DNA from: Flectonema sp. DT1601
Lineage: Eukaryota
DNA: 64,000 nucleotides
Reading direction: 5' to 3'
NCBI GenBank assembly: GCA_964019425.1
Contig: OZ025801.1
Coordinates: forward strand, 248,001 to 312,000
Position 1 is the stretch's first letter. The number at the start of each line of letters is the position of its first letter. Positions 34,743 through 47,701 of this stretch are shown piece after piece. The translations under genes were made by a program, and so were the position numbers. The notes under the pieces are model-generated. The model worked only from the letters and a program-made list of their open reading frames with translations, was not told where the DNA came from and ran no database searches.

Positions 34743-37700
34743 ATGTCTGTGAGAGGTATGGTTCTCCCACTTATGTCAAGGCAAAAACCAAAAATACTCG
34801 TCTACGATGAACATGACATATGGCCACACGTCGAAGATGCGACGACATGTCCGTCAGCACAACCACAACTACATCCTGTTAAGTTACCTTCTGGTAAGAA
34901 ATATTTAATAAAACGATTGATATTTAGTTATGATTGTAGTGGAGTGTACGTACCAGAAATAAAAGCTCACAGCAATCCATACCTCCATATGAAAGTATTA
35001 AATGTTGATCTACTTACTGACTATAAAGCTGTTAAGGCGAGTCTTAATAATTGGGTTCTCACTCTTCAAGGTGAGATGCATTTAATTTTGTTGGTTCATC
35101 CTACTTTGGTTCAACAACCAAGAGAAGCTTTGAGAGAAGCAGGTCGAAAACTTGGGATCGTGGAGGGACTATTTCATAAAAAAAGACCGATTGAACAGGC
35201 GAAACAAAAACTCCAAGAAGCTGAGGCTAAGTTGAAAGAAAAATTTTCAGTTTTTACACTTCACCCTACCAGAGACCCGTCTGATATGGTCAAAGAGATT
35301 AGGAATTTAGTTTTCGTTTCGTTCGATTCTCGTCTCCGAAGCTGTTACGTTAACGCAAGTCGTTTACGAGACTACTTGCAAACACAACCAGGTACTAATA
35401 TTTGTCCTTACATTGCAGCTGTTGATGAGGTCGGTCAAATCCTCCATCAGTTCGGACTAACGGAGGAAGCATACAATCAATATAAGGACCTCTCAGAACT
35501 TTTTAAAATCGCTGATGAAAATGAGTTAGCGAGGTCGGCTTCATTTTGTACTTGTTTACCTCCATCACCATGTAGTGATGACAAGGATTGCTCTGATCAG
35601 AAATGTGCTTTATTTCCAATAGACGTCAGTAGAATTGGTTCGATGTTCTCATTTAACAACGTTGACGATCTGAGAAATGCGCTACGTAACGGAGACGTGA
35701 CTCAGACATCAGAACTTGAGACTCGTTGTTTTGTATTCGCTCTTCTGGTAACGACCTTTTTAAGTTATCATAAAGATGTTGTTGGTATTCATAGAATGTT
35801 TGCTGATTGTTGGCTTCCAAATGTTTTGTCGTCATTTGAAAAAAGAGGATCGGGTGCTGAAGAGTTGGCTTGGCTTGAGATGAGCCTTTCGATATCATTT
35901 TCGAATCACTTAGAGAATTGGGAAAAAGATAGAGAAGAACGAAAACGAGTCGCATCATCGAGTTCGAACATGATATCAACTTCGTCTGTTAATCATTTGG
36001 GATCACCTGTTGGAAATGAGGAAGTATCCGGTGATGAAGATAACACACCCGGTGGTGGTGGTGGTGGTGGTGTCGCAGCATCACCAACACCGTCTCTTGC
36101 CACAGATTGTGACGGCACTAATGCGAGTATCGTTTCTGTTCCAAAGACTACTCCAAGGTCAAAACCATCAAACTCTTCGACAGCAAAGTTCAATACCTCC
36201 ACTTCATACGCTGAACTAATTATGATGACGAGATCAGCTTTTATCAGACTTGGGAAATTATGTAATCGTCGAATTCCAAGACCAGCTTCGATCTATTCAA
36301 GTCCAACATCGATAATTACAAATAAAGAAAGTGATGAGATGCCGGTATTAAATTTATCTGAACTTTCAGATGAGTCTTCTCCGTTAGGATTCATCCCATT
36401 GTCTTCACAACAAGAGTTTGAAAAGTGTTTTATATCTCTAACTCTTTCTGCTGTTAATAAACAAGATCTAGCTGGACATACTAATATGATTCACGCACTT
36501 GAATCAGATGCGGTGCCTGCATTGATATCTCAAGGCTATTGCTTTAGAGCTTTGAGAAGTAGTTTATCGCTCTCAGATTTCTACACATCAATTGGTTGGA
36601 AAGAGTTAGCCATCAGCGCTAAAAGACAAGTCTTAACATCTTTATCTCACCTTGAAGGATCCGACTACGAGACTAGTTGGATTGCCACAGCCACAACTCT
36701 AATTTCTGAGCTCCATCATCACACTGCGGATCACCGTTCTGAGACTGTCGTGTTGTGGTCACTCATAAAAGAAAAACTTCAACCGTCATCGTCTATGCAG
36801 ATGCTTAATCTTAATCTATCTCCGACATTTGATTTTGAAACGCTTCAGTTCGATTCCGTGTCGGGTGGTAAAAGTAAAATCTTACTGAAAATGGGAGGCG
36901 TGACAACAACCATCCCGGAAGCTATTGAAATTGACTCTGTTATAGTAACATGTGGTGCGGTGAGCCATCAAAAGAGTTCTTTTGAATTAATTGGTCATCA
37001 GTTTGTGTTAAAGGAAACAGAGCCGACGGACATCACACTTTCTGGAAACCTTCCGCGAGGATTTCCGGGAAAATATCAAATATCTCACATCAGAATTGTA
37101 CTTCTCAATGGAATGCTAGAATTCACATATGCACCACCTTCTACTTCAAGTCCTCATGGAAGCCCTGGTCGTGATCTTGTTGCTTTTCCAGATTTAGAAC
37201 GAGCGTTTTGTCAAAGAGTGACACCTCGAATGGACCATGATTCAAGTCACTTACATAAGAAATGTACTATCACTGTTGATGTTGAGAGACATCAACCAAT
37301 TACTGACATTACGGTGAAGGAATGTATTTCTGAGAAGAAACATTTTTTCTCAGGTCAGAATGAAGTAATAAATATAAAAATAACAAAAAGTGAAGGAATT
37401 GATAAACTTTTTAAATTAATTGAACCGATAAAACCTGCGGATCAACCAGAGTCGGATGACAGCTTAGCGAACGATGATTTGAGCAGTACTGGAGGGATGA
37501 GTAGAACTGTTCCTGTTGCTGTAACCGGTCCTGGATTACCTTCTCGAGGACTTCCCAGTTGCTATCCAAACAGTGCTTTTGGATTTGTTTACTTATCAGT
37601 TCAGGAGTCTTCATCTGTTCCACCTGCATTAATACCGTTGTCACTTCGGATACCTGTCTTGGATATGAATAAAAGAAATAAAGATGGACCTGCGTTAGTG

Positions 37701-38933
37701 TCATCGGCTAATTTCTTTGATTCATTCATCCAACCTGATTGCGTGTCAGAGTTTGATACTAACCGACTAACAGACTCTGATGGTAATACGATCATCTTCA
37801 GTAATCTAACTCCTCCGGAAATATCTTTTAAAGAAGGCTCTCTGGTCCCGATGAATGAAACCGCTGGATTGTTCGCCTTCATCCCAAATGATGATCGTGC
37901 TGACAGCTGGGATATTGATATTAATTTGTCACCTTCTCTCTTTAATAAACCTTTAACAATATCGTTTATACATCCTTCAGAAGAACAAAGTACTGTTTTG
38001 GTATGTCTTTTATTCAACAAAAGTATTATAAGGGCGGCGCATGTTTTTTTTTTCTCCCTTTTTTTACTTTGAGCTTGATAGACTCTTTTTGTAATTAAAC
38101 AAAACAAAACAACAGGATGTACCTGCTGTAGCTATGACAGAGTTAGAAATTGGATTTTCAGCTCCATTTCGATTGGCGTCGTATCCGACTACTGATGTTG
38201 ATAGAGTCTTCATTCAGGTATAAGTGATTGGTTTTATTGGTATACGACGTCCGTATTATTAATAACTCAACACAAACAGGTCTCATTAGAACCTTTACTC
38301 GATTACGATATCGAAATCACTGAACTGGTGTTGGAACTTCAGCAAAACAGTCCATTCAAACTCGTGAGAAAACCTCCTGAGAAGCTGCAGCAGTTTACAC
38401 TCCAACCTGGAACAGCAGTTAGTAGAATGTTCTCTCTTCAGTGTGATGAGGAAATATTTTTAGAAAATGGATTGCGATCTGAAAACTGTTCTGCGACGGT
38501 CAAAATTATTTATAAGATTCCCGGAACTGATGAGGAAAATACTTTTTTATCGGCACCGACAACATGGGAAAGAGGAGTTCCTCCAATGCTACGAAGTAGA
38601 ATGGTCCTCCACAGCAAGCAACCCGAACCATTTTTAGTGACAGAACCGATTAAGTTTGACATAACTATTGAGATGACTGCTAACTGTCCTCATGAAGAAG
38701 TTTCTGTATGGTCTTGCATCAGGTTTAATCATGATACTTGGTTAGTTGTTGGTCCTTGGAGGAAAGCAGTTCGCTTATCTGTAGACGAACCAGTAGTGTC
38801 ATTCTGCTTTCATCTCGTTCCAATTCGAGTGGGTAATTTGACTCCTCCATCTCTGATACTCACTCCGACTTCACAAATAGAGATCTCAACTCAGATTGAA
38901 GTCAGCCACGGTAAAGTCCAAATTCGAAGATGA
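34743..38933 (+). CDS. TRAPPC10/Trs130-like trafficking subunit; 3 exons
   Basis: Exons 34743-38000, 38116-38217 and 38280-38933 join in frame through phase-0 GT-AG introns. Motifs QFGLTEEAYNQY.DL and FY..IGW..L, and a C-terminal WLVVG...FHLVPIRVGNL..P, are TRAPPC10-like. Confidence 0.7.
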
Positions 38934-39372
38934 GTCCCGTGACAATTCACCAGCTCATTAAAAGAAAATTACAATTTTTTTCTACCCTTCGCTCAAAACA
39001 CTTTAATCCTCCGAATTGATTTTCAGCTCCGTTGTGTTTCAAAAGATTCTTAGCGTCTCGATTGTTATTTTTTATATTTTAAAAAAGTTTTTTTTTTTTA
39101 ATTTCATTTTCTGTAGTAAGGCAAAAGGAACTTTTTTTTTGGAGACTGACTTTCTGATAGTGAAAAAAAAAAAAAAAAAAACTTTTTACATTTTTTTTTT
39201 TGCAAGAAAAACTCAATTACTTTTTTTTTTTTTTAAATAACAGGGACACTTTTAAATAAAATATTTAATTGTTGGTTTTTTTTTTTTTTTGATTTTGATT
39301 TTAATTTCAAAAGTTGTAAAATATAAATTTTTTTTTTTAAAAAAAAACCACATCAGATCATAGTAAAAACAA

Positions 39373-40213
39373 ATGACTGAAGCAGCAGCTACTCACGAAA
39401 TGGAAGCTAGTAAGAGTATTCCTGAAGATCAGGATCAGTCAGGAGATATTGACTTAGATATAAATGCATTTTCTGTAGAGCAGCAACCACAACCAACAAC
39501 AGAAGGTGCTGATAGTTTATCATTCATGAACGTCAGTGGTGGTGATTTGAATGAGAACACAATTAATGAACCAGGTACTATTCCTACAACACCTGCAGGT
39601 GCTTGGGGTCGTGTAATGGGAGGAGTGGAATCAATCAAATCATTAAAGCAGTCACTCACTGCAGATCTTGCTCCGTGGTCACAGTTTGCTGATCGAACTC
39701 AATTCTCAGTTCCGAGCAAGTCGGAAATATTCGGAAGAATCAGAGGAAACTTAAAAGTGTATCACTCAAACTACTTACTTCTTCTTAGTATTTTAGCGAT
39801 CTGGACGGCAGTTAGTAACTTGTACTTCGTGTGTTCGATGGTTACTTCATTTCTTGTTTACTACTACTACAAGTTACAGACTCATGATGGAGGTAAATTC
39901 TTCTTCAGAGGAAAGGAAGTATCTCAAATGCAGTTCTATGGATTTCTTACTGCGGTAACGTTGTTTATGTTTTGGTTAACTGGAGGAGGCTCAACAATCT
40001 TCTGGATGCTTGCTAGCGCTGGAATTGTCGTCATCGGTCACGCATCCGCTCGTCAGATTGACACTATTGTATGTTAAGTATTTTAGGAGTTTTTTTAAAA
40101 AAAAAACAGAAAAAATATCAAAAATTAACCAACCCCGACAGGAAGATGAACAGTACACTGCAGGTGATGCTTTGAAGGCATTCAGTGCCCTTGAAGCACT
40201 CAACAGGGTGTAG
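39373..40213 (+). CDS. PRA1 family (prenylated Rab acceptor) protein; 2 exons
   Basis: PWSQF...FSVP...RIRGNLKVYHSNY and VIGHASAR are PRA1 motifs. Exons 39373-40068 and 40142-40213 join through a phase-0 GT-AG intron. Confidence 0.88.
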
Positions 40214-40684
40214 AATACTAAAAATAATTAGTGATATTGTACATGTTACGATCACTAACAAGCCAACAGCGTTAGTGAGAGTAAAAGACGTCAGGTAAGA
40301 CTGCGGCAGGGAGAGGGGACAAAAAAAAAAAAAAAACTTTAAAAAAAAAAGAAAAAATAAATTAGATAACATCCTGTGGATCCATACTCACTGATGTTAA
40401 GTTTAAAAAAAAATGAAAAATAAAAAATAAACGGGAGAGATCATCACTTTGGGAATTACTACAAAGTAGAAGTCGGTCCCCTTTTTTTTTTTCTTTCTTT
40501 TTTTTTAATTTTAACGCTGAGCTTGTTCTGTGGATTCCAACAGTCATTCAACGCACTACTGTTTGTAATTATCTTTTTTATAAAGAAGGAGAAAAAAAAA
40601 AAAAAAAATAAGCAGCAGATGAATTCACACAATATCTCCACTTTGCATGCAAAAGTGGAGATATTTTTTGGACCCTAAACTCTC

Positions 40685-40716
<32 letters not shown>

Positions 40717-41172
40717 CCGTTTTCTTCGCCCCTGTTTAGGCTTTTTTTAATAATTTGGGTGCTTCATTGAGAGAGGTTGGTGGTAATGAGGAACATGGTT
40801 TTAAAATCCCCCTTTTTTTTATATTAGCTGGGAACGAAGCAGCAATATTATTATTATTATTATTTTTTTATACTTTTTTTGTTTTACAAAGTTACTAACA
40901 CCCTTTTCAATAGTAAGTTTGATTTTCTGTTTTTCTTTTTTTAACATTCGAACTGTGTAATTGCTTTGCAGTTTGAGTAGGGGAGATGAGCTTGGTTATT
41001 TCCCTTTTTTTTTTTTTTCATCCCCTACTTTGTTTGGTATTATACAAAAAAAAAAAAAAAACTTTGGAAAAAAAAAAAAAAAAAAAAAGAATGTTGGCGA
41101 CATAAAAACTAATCGGTTTTTTTTTTTTTTTGAAAACTGTTGTCGTTTTATTCAGACCAGGTTTAGCCAGCC

Positions 41173-41211
<39 letters not shown>

Positions 41212-41631
41212 TGTGAATGGAGAGAGGCAGTCAAGCAAGTTAAAAACCCAACCTTATTCCAAGTTTTTTGACTGCTTGTTACCACCCGGCAGTTATTTAT
41301 TCTTGCTCACCTGACCCCAGAAACTAGCCAACGCAAGTCATCATAACGTTTGGTTGATTGAAAGAAAAGAAGAGCATAATGAAAAAGATTTCGTTTTATT
41401 ATTTTTTTTTTTTAAAAAAAAAAATAAAAATAAAATATTCTAAAGTGAGACGGTTGTTTTCTTCTGTAAAGCGATGTTGTTTCTTATTGTTGATTGTGAT
41501 GTTTTATTGTTTTTATATCAACCAAAGGTTAAACACAATTGATATGAACTGGTTGCGTACGAACAAAACCAAAAGTGTAATTAGTATTTTTATTTTCAAC
41601 AGTATCAAAAAAAAAAGATTGTATAATAAAA

Positions 41632-42134
41632 ATGATGAGAAGAGGATTACTCTCAATGGCGAGGAGGTACTGCACTGAGCCACTGCAGAATCCGCACGGA
41701 GCATTGGGTGAGTTACAAATGTTTGAAAAAAGGATGCCAAAATATTTTGAAGTTTTCCAAGATCATCTTCAGACGTATGTTCTTCTTCAATCACTTCGTT
41801 AGTTAAGAACCGAATTAGTTTTTCATTTTTTCTGTCTTCTAATTAATCATCACCAAACAGGTTTAATAGATTCTCATCAGACCCTCCTTGGGTTGTGAAT
41901 GAATTAGCTGAGGCTTGTCAAGCTACTCAAAGATACTATGTCGAGGATGCGATCAGACATTTCTTTGAAGACAGTCCAATGAACCTCGCCAACTACTACG
42001 CAGAAACGTACAGCTATCGCATAATAAAATCTGATAGAGTTATGAAGAATGGAATGCCAGCTCAGACGACTATTCTATTTGAGAGAGAAGACATCTCAGA
42101 AACTGATGAACCAGAAAGCGAAGAGCAGAAATAA
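41632..42134 (+). CDS. Small putative mitochondrial protein, 138 aa, 2 exons
   Basis: Exon 1 (41632-41774, MMRRGLLSMARRYCT..., presequence-like) joins exon 2 (41861-42134) in frame through a phase-2 GTATGT...AAACAG intron. Confidence 0.72.
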
Positions 42135-42734
42135 TCATTCCATTATTTGAGACAACGAACTCTATTCTGATCAACAGTAAGTTGTGTAATATAATAACTG
42201 CTAGGACTCTCTAATCGAGTTCACTCAGTCGACAGCCGTCGCAAAGAAGGAATTAAATTTAAGGTGATAACCTGACGTGCTCAGTCATGTCTTTTCCAGT
42301 AAATTAGTTGTTGTTAAGATTTTTCGCGGTGATGGGAAGAAACATTAAAAAAAAAAAAAAAAAAAAAAAGCAAAACATAATCAAAAGTTACATCTCTGTA
42401 ACTTTGCTTTTCCCACTTGGTAACTTCCCAAATAGGTTTGTGGGTTTTTTTTGTTTTGTTTTTTCGAAACAAATAAATATATTTTATTTTTTTGTGATTG
42501 TAATAATTTTATTCAATTTATTCTTTTTTCAGGAAGACTAAAGCCACCACTATCTGTATTCAGGGAGTCATGAAAACGTAACCTAAGAAGTTCACGTGTT
42601 GTGTTGTATTATTATGAAAGACAGATCAGGGCTGGGTGTTATTTGTTTGATGTCCTTACGTTTGCCTCATAATTTTAACATCATCCCGTCAGTCAGAACC
42701 ACATCAAAAAAAAAAAAAAAAAAAAGGAAAGAAA

Positions 42735-43493
42735 ATGAGTTCACGAATCTTCACTAGCAGAGGACTACTTTATTTCGTGGGAGGGACAATCTCATCATGG
42801 GGAGGATATAACTTCTATGCATATTTCGATTCAAAGAATTGGCCCAGAGTAGATGGAAGAATACTTGGAGTATATCCCTACTACGCTTGGTTAGGTGATG
42901 ATAAAGAAAGGTATCACGTCGATTATGAATACTCTTGGGAAGGAGAAACGCACATCGGTGTCACAGTTGAAACTGGAAGCGCGTGGGCATGGTGGATGGG
43001 AAATACCATGAGAGACACGATAGGAACAAATGAAATAAAAAAAGGAAGGATTCGTCCTGGAGGAAGAATTAAAGTCTTCGTAAATCCAAGCAAACCTCAC
43101 CAATGTGGTCTCTTCAGGACTGTTGACCCAAACAGAAATGGTTACATAACTGGAATTGGTGTTTCGTTATTTCCAATGGCGTGGATGCTTCCAAAGAATC
43201 ACAAACTCGAAATAGTCAGAAAGATACATTGGTATTACAAACGTAGAATAAGTTTCGACACTCGCAAGACTCGCGTTATCGATGTCATCTTTGATAGAAA
43301 TGCATCTGCTCCGGTCTTTCATAAAGAAGCGTCTTATAAAGCCAACACCGCAATCAGAAATAAACTTGGTCTCGATTCAGACAAATGGGATGCTGACGTC
43401 CAACAAAAACGTATCAACAGACTTAGAAAAGAGGCTGAGAAGGATGTTAAATCTCCAGAAGACATCATTCCACCAAAGATCAGCTCTGCTTAG
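42735..43493 (+). CDS. DUF3592-like membrane protein
   Basis: An N-terminal hydrophobic segment precedes WPRVDGRIL...YHVDYEYSWEGETHIG...PGGRIKVFVNPSKP, the DUF3592 pattern. A second hydrophobic segment follows. Confidence 0.72.
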   Translation: MSSRIFTSRGLLYFVGGTISSWGGYNFYAYFDSKNWPRVDGRILGVYPYYAWLGDDKERYHVDYEYSWEGETHIGVTVETGSAWAWWMGNTMRDTIGTNEIKKGRIRPGGRIKVFVNPSKPHQCGLFRTVDPNRNGYITGIGVSLFPMAWMLPKNHKLEIVRKIHWYYKRRISFDTRKTRVIDVIFDRNASAPVFHKEASYKANTAIRNKLGLDSDKWDADVQQKRINRLRKEAEKDVKSPEDIIPPKISSA

Positions 43494-43794
43494 CTACGCT
43501 ACTAGTCATGTGTACTATTATATATGTAGTGGGTAGTTAAATATCCGACTAGTTCGATTCCCGGTCGACAACAATTTGTAAACGATGATATCGTAAAACC
43601 ATGCGCCAAGCAAAATCTATTATTTTTATATTATCTTGAGAGAAGGGTTCATCGGCTTGGCTGGAATTTCAGAAGGGTGCTGCTGTGTTTGCCCCCTGTA
43701 CTCTGGTTTGTTGACCACTATTTTTTTAAATTATTTTTCAAAAAATTATTTTTATACACCAGGACTAATTATCAATAAATAGAAAAAAAGAGAA

Positions 43795-44475
43795 ATGAAA
43801 AATTGGGAGATCGAGTCAGTTCTACAGGAGTTAGACGGATTTGGTAAGAAACCAAAAATTGAACTTGAGCAATACGCGACACCAGCAGAGCTTGCTGCGC
43901 ATTTTATCAGCGTCGCTGAGAGAAGTTTTGGTGATATCGGAGGCAAGTGTGTATTGGATTTAGGATGTGGTGCCGGCATGTTATCGATAGCAGCAGCTCT
44001 TTCTGGAGCTGATCATGTTCTTGGTTGTGACATTGACTCTGATGCTTTACAAATTGCAAAGGGAAACGTTGAAGAACAAGAATTAGAAGACGTGATTGAC
44101 TTTATTAAAACAGACGTAGTCGGAAGACAAAATCGAGATGAGAAATTCCTTCCAGCGATAAGACAGAAGTTCGACACCGTACTAATGAATCCTCCATTTG
44201 GTGCAAATAAAGATCGACAAATGAAAGGAATCGATCTGTTCTTCCTCACTGTTGCCACTTCCATGATCACTGAAGATGGAGCTATTTACTCTCTTCATAA
44301 ATCAACAACAAGAGAACATATAGAGACAGTCATGTCTGAGAGAAACTTAGTAGCTGAAGCACTTGGTGAGTATAGATGGAATTTAGATAAAACTTATAAA
44401 TTTCATAAAAAATCAAACAAAGAAATTGCCGTAGACATGTGGAGGTTTACTAAAAAAAGAAAGAACCTGTCCTAA
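43795..44475 (+). CDS. METTL5: 18S rRNA N6-adenosine methyltransferase METTL5
   Basis: Motifs KPKIELEQYATP, VLDLGCGAG (SAM motif I), NPPFG (N6-methyltransferase motif IV), YSLHKSTTR and YKFHKK. Confidence 0.92.
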   Translation: MKNWEIESVLQELDGFGKKPKIELEQYATPAELAAHFISVAERSFGDIGGKCVLDLGCGAGMLSIAAALSGADHVLGCDIDSDALQIAKGNVEEQELEDVIDFIKTDVVGRQNRDEKFLPAIRQKFDTVLMNPPFGANKDRQMKGIDLFFLTVATSMITEDGAIYSLHKSTTREHIETVMSERNLVAEALGEYRWNLDKTYKFHKKSNKEIAVDMWRFTKKRKNLS

Positions 44476-44707
44476 TGTGCTCGCTACGACATACTTCATC
44501 ATCTTCCCTTCAAAAGGTGGACTGGGATAGCTCATTGTAGCTGATCTTTATTTGGTGTTTTTATATTTTATTATTATTATCGTTTTTGTTATGTTGTTGA
44601 GTTTGGTTTCGGTACAACAATTTCCTGGTTTATCAAATTAATTATTTCTCTCCCATCAGTTTATCTAATTATAACAACGAACAACTACCACCTGCTGGTA
44701 TGTGAGT

Positions 44708-47701
44708 ATGTCCTCATCGAACCCACTCATTGAAGGCGATGTTGACATTGAGAAGCCAGGTGAGAATAAACGTAAAGTCGTAAAATTACAAACAAAACTC
44801 CCGGCAGAAATAAATAAAAATTCAGTTGTTCAATATCTTCGAAAGGATGTCGCGAAAACAAAACTTTATCGATCTCTTCCTCTGTACTTAATGTTTTTAG
44901 TGATAACATCCACGTCATTAGTTTTACAAAAAGAAGACGCTCCTACTGAATACTGGTTAAGTATGGGTGCGAGAGAAGTCTTGTTGGGACCAAAACAAAC
45001 CAATCAACTCTCTCAGTATGAGAACATAAACGGGATAAATGATTTCTATGAATGGCTTTATGCTCAAACCTCATCAACTTACATTGGAGGTAAGAGTAGC
45101 GAGCCTGTGACTGAATACTTATCCATTCGACAGTTTCGTGGAAAGTCATCCATGTGTCAGTCAGATCCTCAACTCTCAGTGTTATCACCTCATTCTAGAC
45201 TACAGTTTTCAGGAATCTGTCAGCTGAGCTACAGTGACAGCAGTCCTAACACACATCTATTCGGTCCTTCAAATCGGTTTGCTCCAAATAAAGATGTTCC
45301 TTTTCCGTTTAAGGCTCCTCCTTATCAGGGAGTCGTTGACAGCTATTCCGATTCCGACAACAGTTTTTCAATAAAAATAAAATCGAGATCAGAGGAGGAA
45401 GAACTAACGGCATACGTTCAAAGCAAAGCCAACAAAACAAATAACATTGAAACATGTGGGAATATCGCTTCTAATCAAGAGTGTGTTGATTCTCCTGTCT
45501 GTGGTTGGAATGGATTGTGTACAACAAAAAGAAGTGAATGTTCACTTCAAACTGATTCTTTGAATTGCACATCACGAAGCTGTCTTTGGTCAGAAATCAC
45601 AACTTCGTGTTATATGAATTGTATTTCTATGTCTCAAGATGATTGTTTATTAGCTGATGGCTGTGCATACAACGGGTCCTGCTACGATCCACGACCTCAG
45701 TCAGTTCAGGTTATTGATATGCTCCAATCGTCTAACTGGTTAGATCCTTATTCTAGGGCAGTCTCTGTTGATCTGTTGGAGTACAATACGCATAGTCAAT
45801 ACTTTTTGTTTACAACTTATTTTATTGAAGTGTTGCCTGTTGGGGTTTGGCTTCCGAAGATCAAATCTTACCCATTTAGAATACTAGCTCTGTACTCTCC
45901 AATAATGAAAGCTCTTTTCGCTCTTGATGTGTTAACTACTGTGTATATTGCTTGGACGGTGGTTTCAGTTTTTTTACAAATTCGACACAATGCTGAAGTT
46001 GGAAAAGTTAGTAACAGGACAGTTAAAGAAGCTGCTACTGAAGAACAACCAGAGTTGGTTGAAAAACATCAAAAATCATCAGCTGCTATTTCATTTTTAA
46101 AAAGATACTTGAACGCGATAACGTTCACTGTGATGTACGGAATATGTTTTAGTGTTGTATTTCTGATTGCTTTGGGATTAAAATGGTCCCTTTGGTCTGA
46201 CGGCATCGAATTAATAAACAGAAATTTCAACGACATTCCAACAGATGTCGCTGACGTAAAAGTTTGGAATGATATGGTGGATTACATAACTCTTTTTAAA
46301 ACTGAAAAAACGATGTACGCAACAGCTGTATTACTCGCATGGTTACGACTGTTTGAATACGTTCAATACAACGAAAGGCTCAACAGTTTAACTGAAACAA
46401 TCAGAATAGCAACCTCTTCTCTGATTGGACTCGCTATCATTTTCGGAATTATATTTGTGGGTTTTGTCTTCGCTGGGAATCTAGTGTACGGGTCTGACTT
46501 AGAGGAGTTTAGCACCCTTTTAAAGACTGCTGGATTCATGATGAGATTACTATTTTCAGCAGAGTTGGATTCATATGAAAAATTCAGATCTGTAGAACCG
46601 GAATGGTCAATCGTTTATTTCGGATTATTCTTTGCTTTGGCTTGGTTGGTACTTCTAAATATGGTTCTTGCGATCATCACTTCATCATTTAATATCGTAA
46701 AACAAAATGCAACAAAAGGAAAAGCACCCTCATGGTCACTACCAGCTGTAATGACAGATGTTAAAAAGTTTTTAAACAGATTTACGACCAGAACTCAGCC
46801 GTTTACGTTTTCAAACTCAATTAAACGAAAGAAACCAAAGACTGATGAAAATGAAGGAGGACAATTAGATAATTTAGTAGGAGATAATTACGTGGTTGAT
46901 AGAATTAAAGCAATTAGAATACTCGAAGAAAAATCATCATCAAACCTTAAAGCAACCAACACTAATTCATCTGACCCTGACGATGATAAAAAGAACTACA
47001 TAACGTTACCGGCATTGAACACGAAACTGTCTCATTTGCATCCGAGTGAGAATCGAAGGATATTTGTGAAGTGTGGGAATGATTCTGCGGGAACACAGCA
47101 GATGAGACAGAGCCAAAGAATAGCCGAATACATGTCTCTGAGATTCGAACACATTGAAGAAATCTTATCAAACCTAAGCACTCAAGTAGGTGATCAAGAA
47201 TATCAATTAAAGAGCAATAGTTCTGATATCTTATCAATGAAGGCCGATGCTCGTCAAGTTAAAGACGAAATAGGAATTGGTAAAGTTGAGACCATTCGTC
47301 AGACGGTAGACAATATCGATAATAATGTTTACGTAGTGCCAAAACAAGTTGGGAGTTATTTTAATCGAATTCTTGATAAGAAATTATCAAAATTACAAAG
47401 TGAAGTTAACCAACCAATCGATCACATGATTGACGACATGGCTTTCTTAATTGAACAAGTGTACTCACCGACATTGTTAAAGCCTCCGAAGCATTCTGCT
47501 TTCGATAAACATGTTCTTGTTAAACCAGAAAAGGTAGCCATCTTGTCGTCACCAAAAGCAAACCTTCAGCACACTAATCCGATTCATCAAGAGTTTTCTC
47601 CTTTACAAACTTCACTAAATAAAGTAACCCTCATTAAGGGTACTATTGATGTGAGTGATGGAAACAGTTCCAGTAGGGGAGAGATTACTTCACCAGTTTG
47701 A
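44708..47701 (+). CDS. Polycystin-2 (PKD2/TRPP)-like cation channel
   Basis: S1 helix followed by a TOP domain (IRQFR...C; WLDPYSRAV..D...YN). S2-S6 include LAWLRLFEY, a pore region FSTL and LLNMVLAII. A coiled-coil tail follows. First ATG at 44708. Confidence 0.88.
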   Translation: MSSSNPLIEGDVDIEKPGENKRKVVKLQTKLPAEINKNSVVQYLRKDVAKTKLYRSLPLYLMFLVITSTSLVLQKEDAPTEYWLSMGAREVLLGPKQTNQLSQYENINGINDFYEWLYAQTSSTYIGGKSSEPVTEYLSIRQFRGKSSMCQSDPQLSVLSPHSRLQFSGICQLSYSDSSPNTHLFGPSNRFAPNKDVPFPFKAPPYQGVVDSYSDSDNSFSIKIKSRSEEEELTAYVQSKANKTNNIETCGNIASNQECVDSPVCGWNGLCTTKRSECSLQTDSLNCTSRSCLWSEITTSCYMNCISMSQDDCLLADGCAYNGSCYDPRPQSVQVIDMLQSSNWLDPYSRAVSVDLLEYNTHSQYFLFTTYFIEVLPVGVWLPKIKSYPFRILALYSPIMKALFALDVLTTVYIAWTVVSVFLQIRHNAEVGKVSNRTVKEAATEEQPELVEKHQKSSAAISFLKRYLNAITFTVMYGICFSVVFLIALGLKWSLWSDGIELINRNFNDIPTDVADVKVWNDMVDYITLFKTEKTMYATAVLLAWLRLFEYVQYNERLNSLTETIRIATSSLIGLAIIFGIIFVGFVFAGNLVYGSDLEEFSTLLKTAGFMMRLLFSAELDSYEKFRSVEPEWSIVYFGLFFALAWLVLLNMVLAIITSSFNIVKQNATKGKAPSWSLPAVMTDVKKFLNRFTTRTQPFTFSNSIKRKKPKTDENEGGQLDNLVGDNYVVDRIKAIRILEEKSSSNLKATNTNSSDPDDDKKNYITLPALNTKLSHLHPSENRRIFVKCGNDSAGTQQMRQSQRIAEYMSLRFEHIEEILSNLSTQVGDQEYQLKSNSSDILSMKADARQVKDEIGIGKVETIRQTVDNIDNNVYVVPKQVGSYFNRILDKKLSKLQSEVNQPIDHMIDDMAFLIEQVYSPTLLKPPKHSAFDKHVLVKPEKVAILSSPKANLQHTNPIHQEFSPLQTSLNKVTLIKGTIDVSDGNSSSRGEITSPV

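Noticed and set aside
43524..43573. tRNA-like fragment (tagtgg...gttcgattcccggtcga)
   Set aside because: A T-arm/B-box motif is present but there is no anticodon arm or acceptor stem. At most it is a decayed tRNA or SINE remnant.
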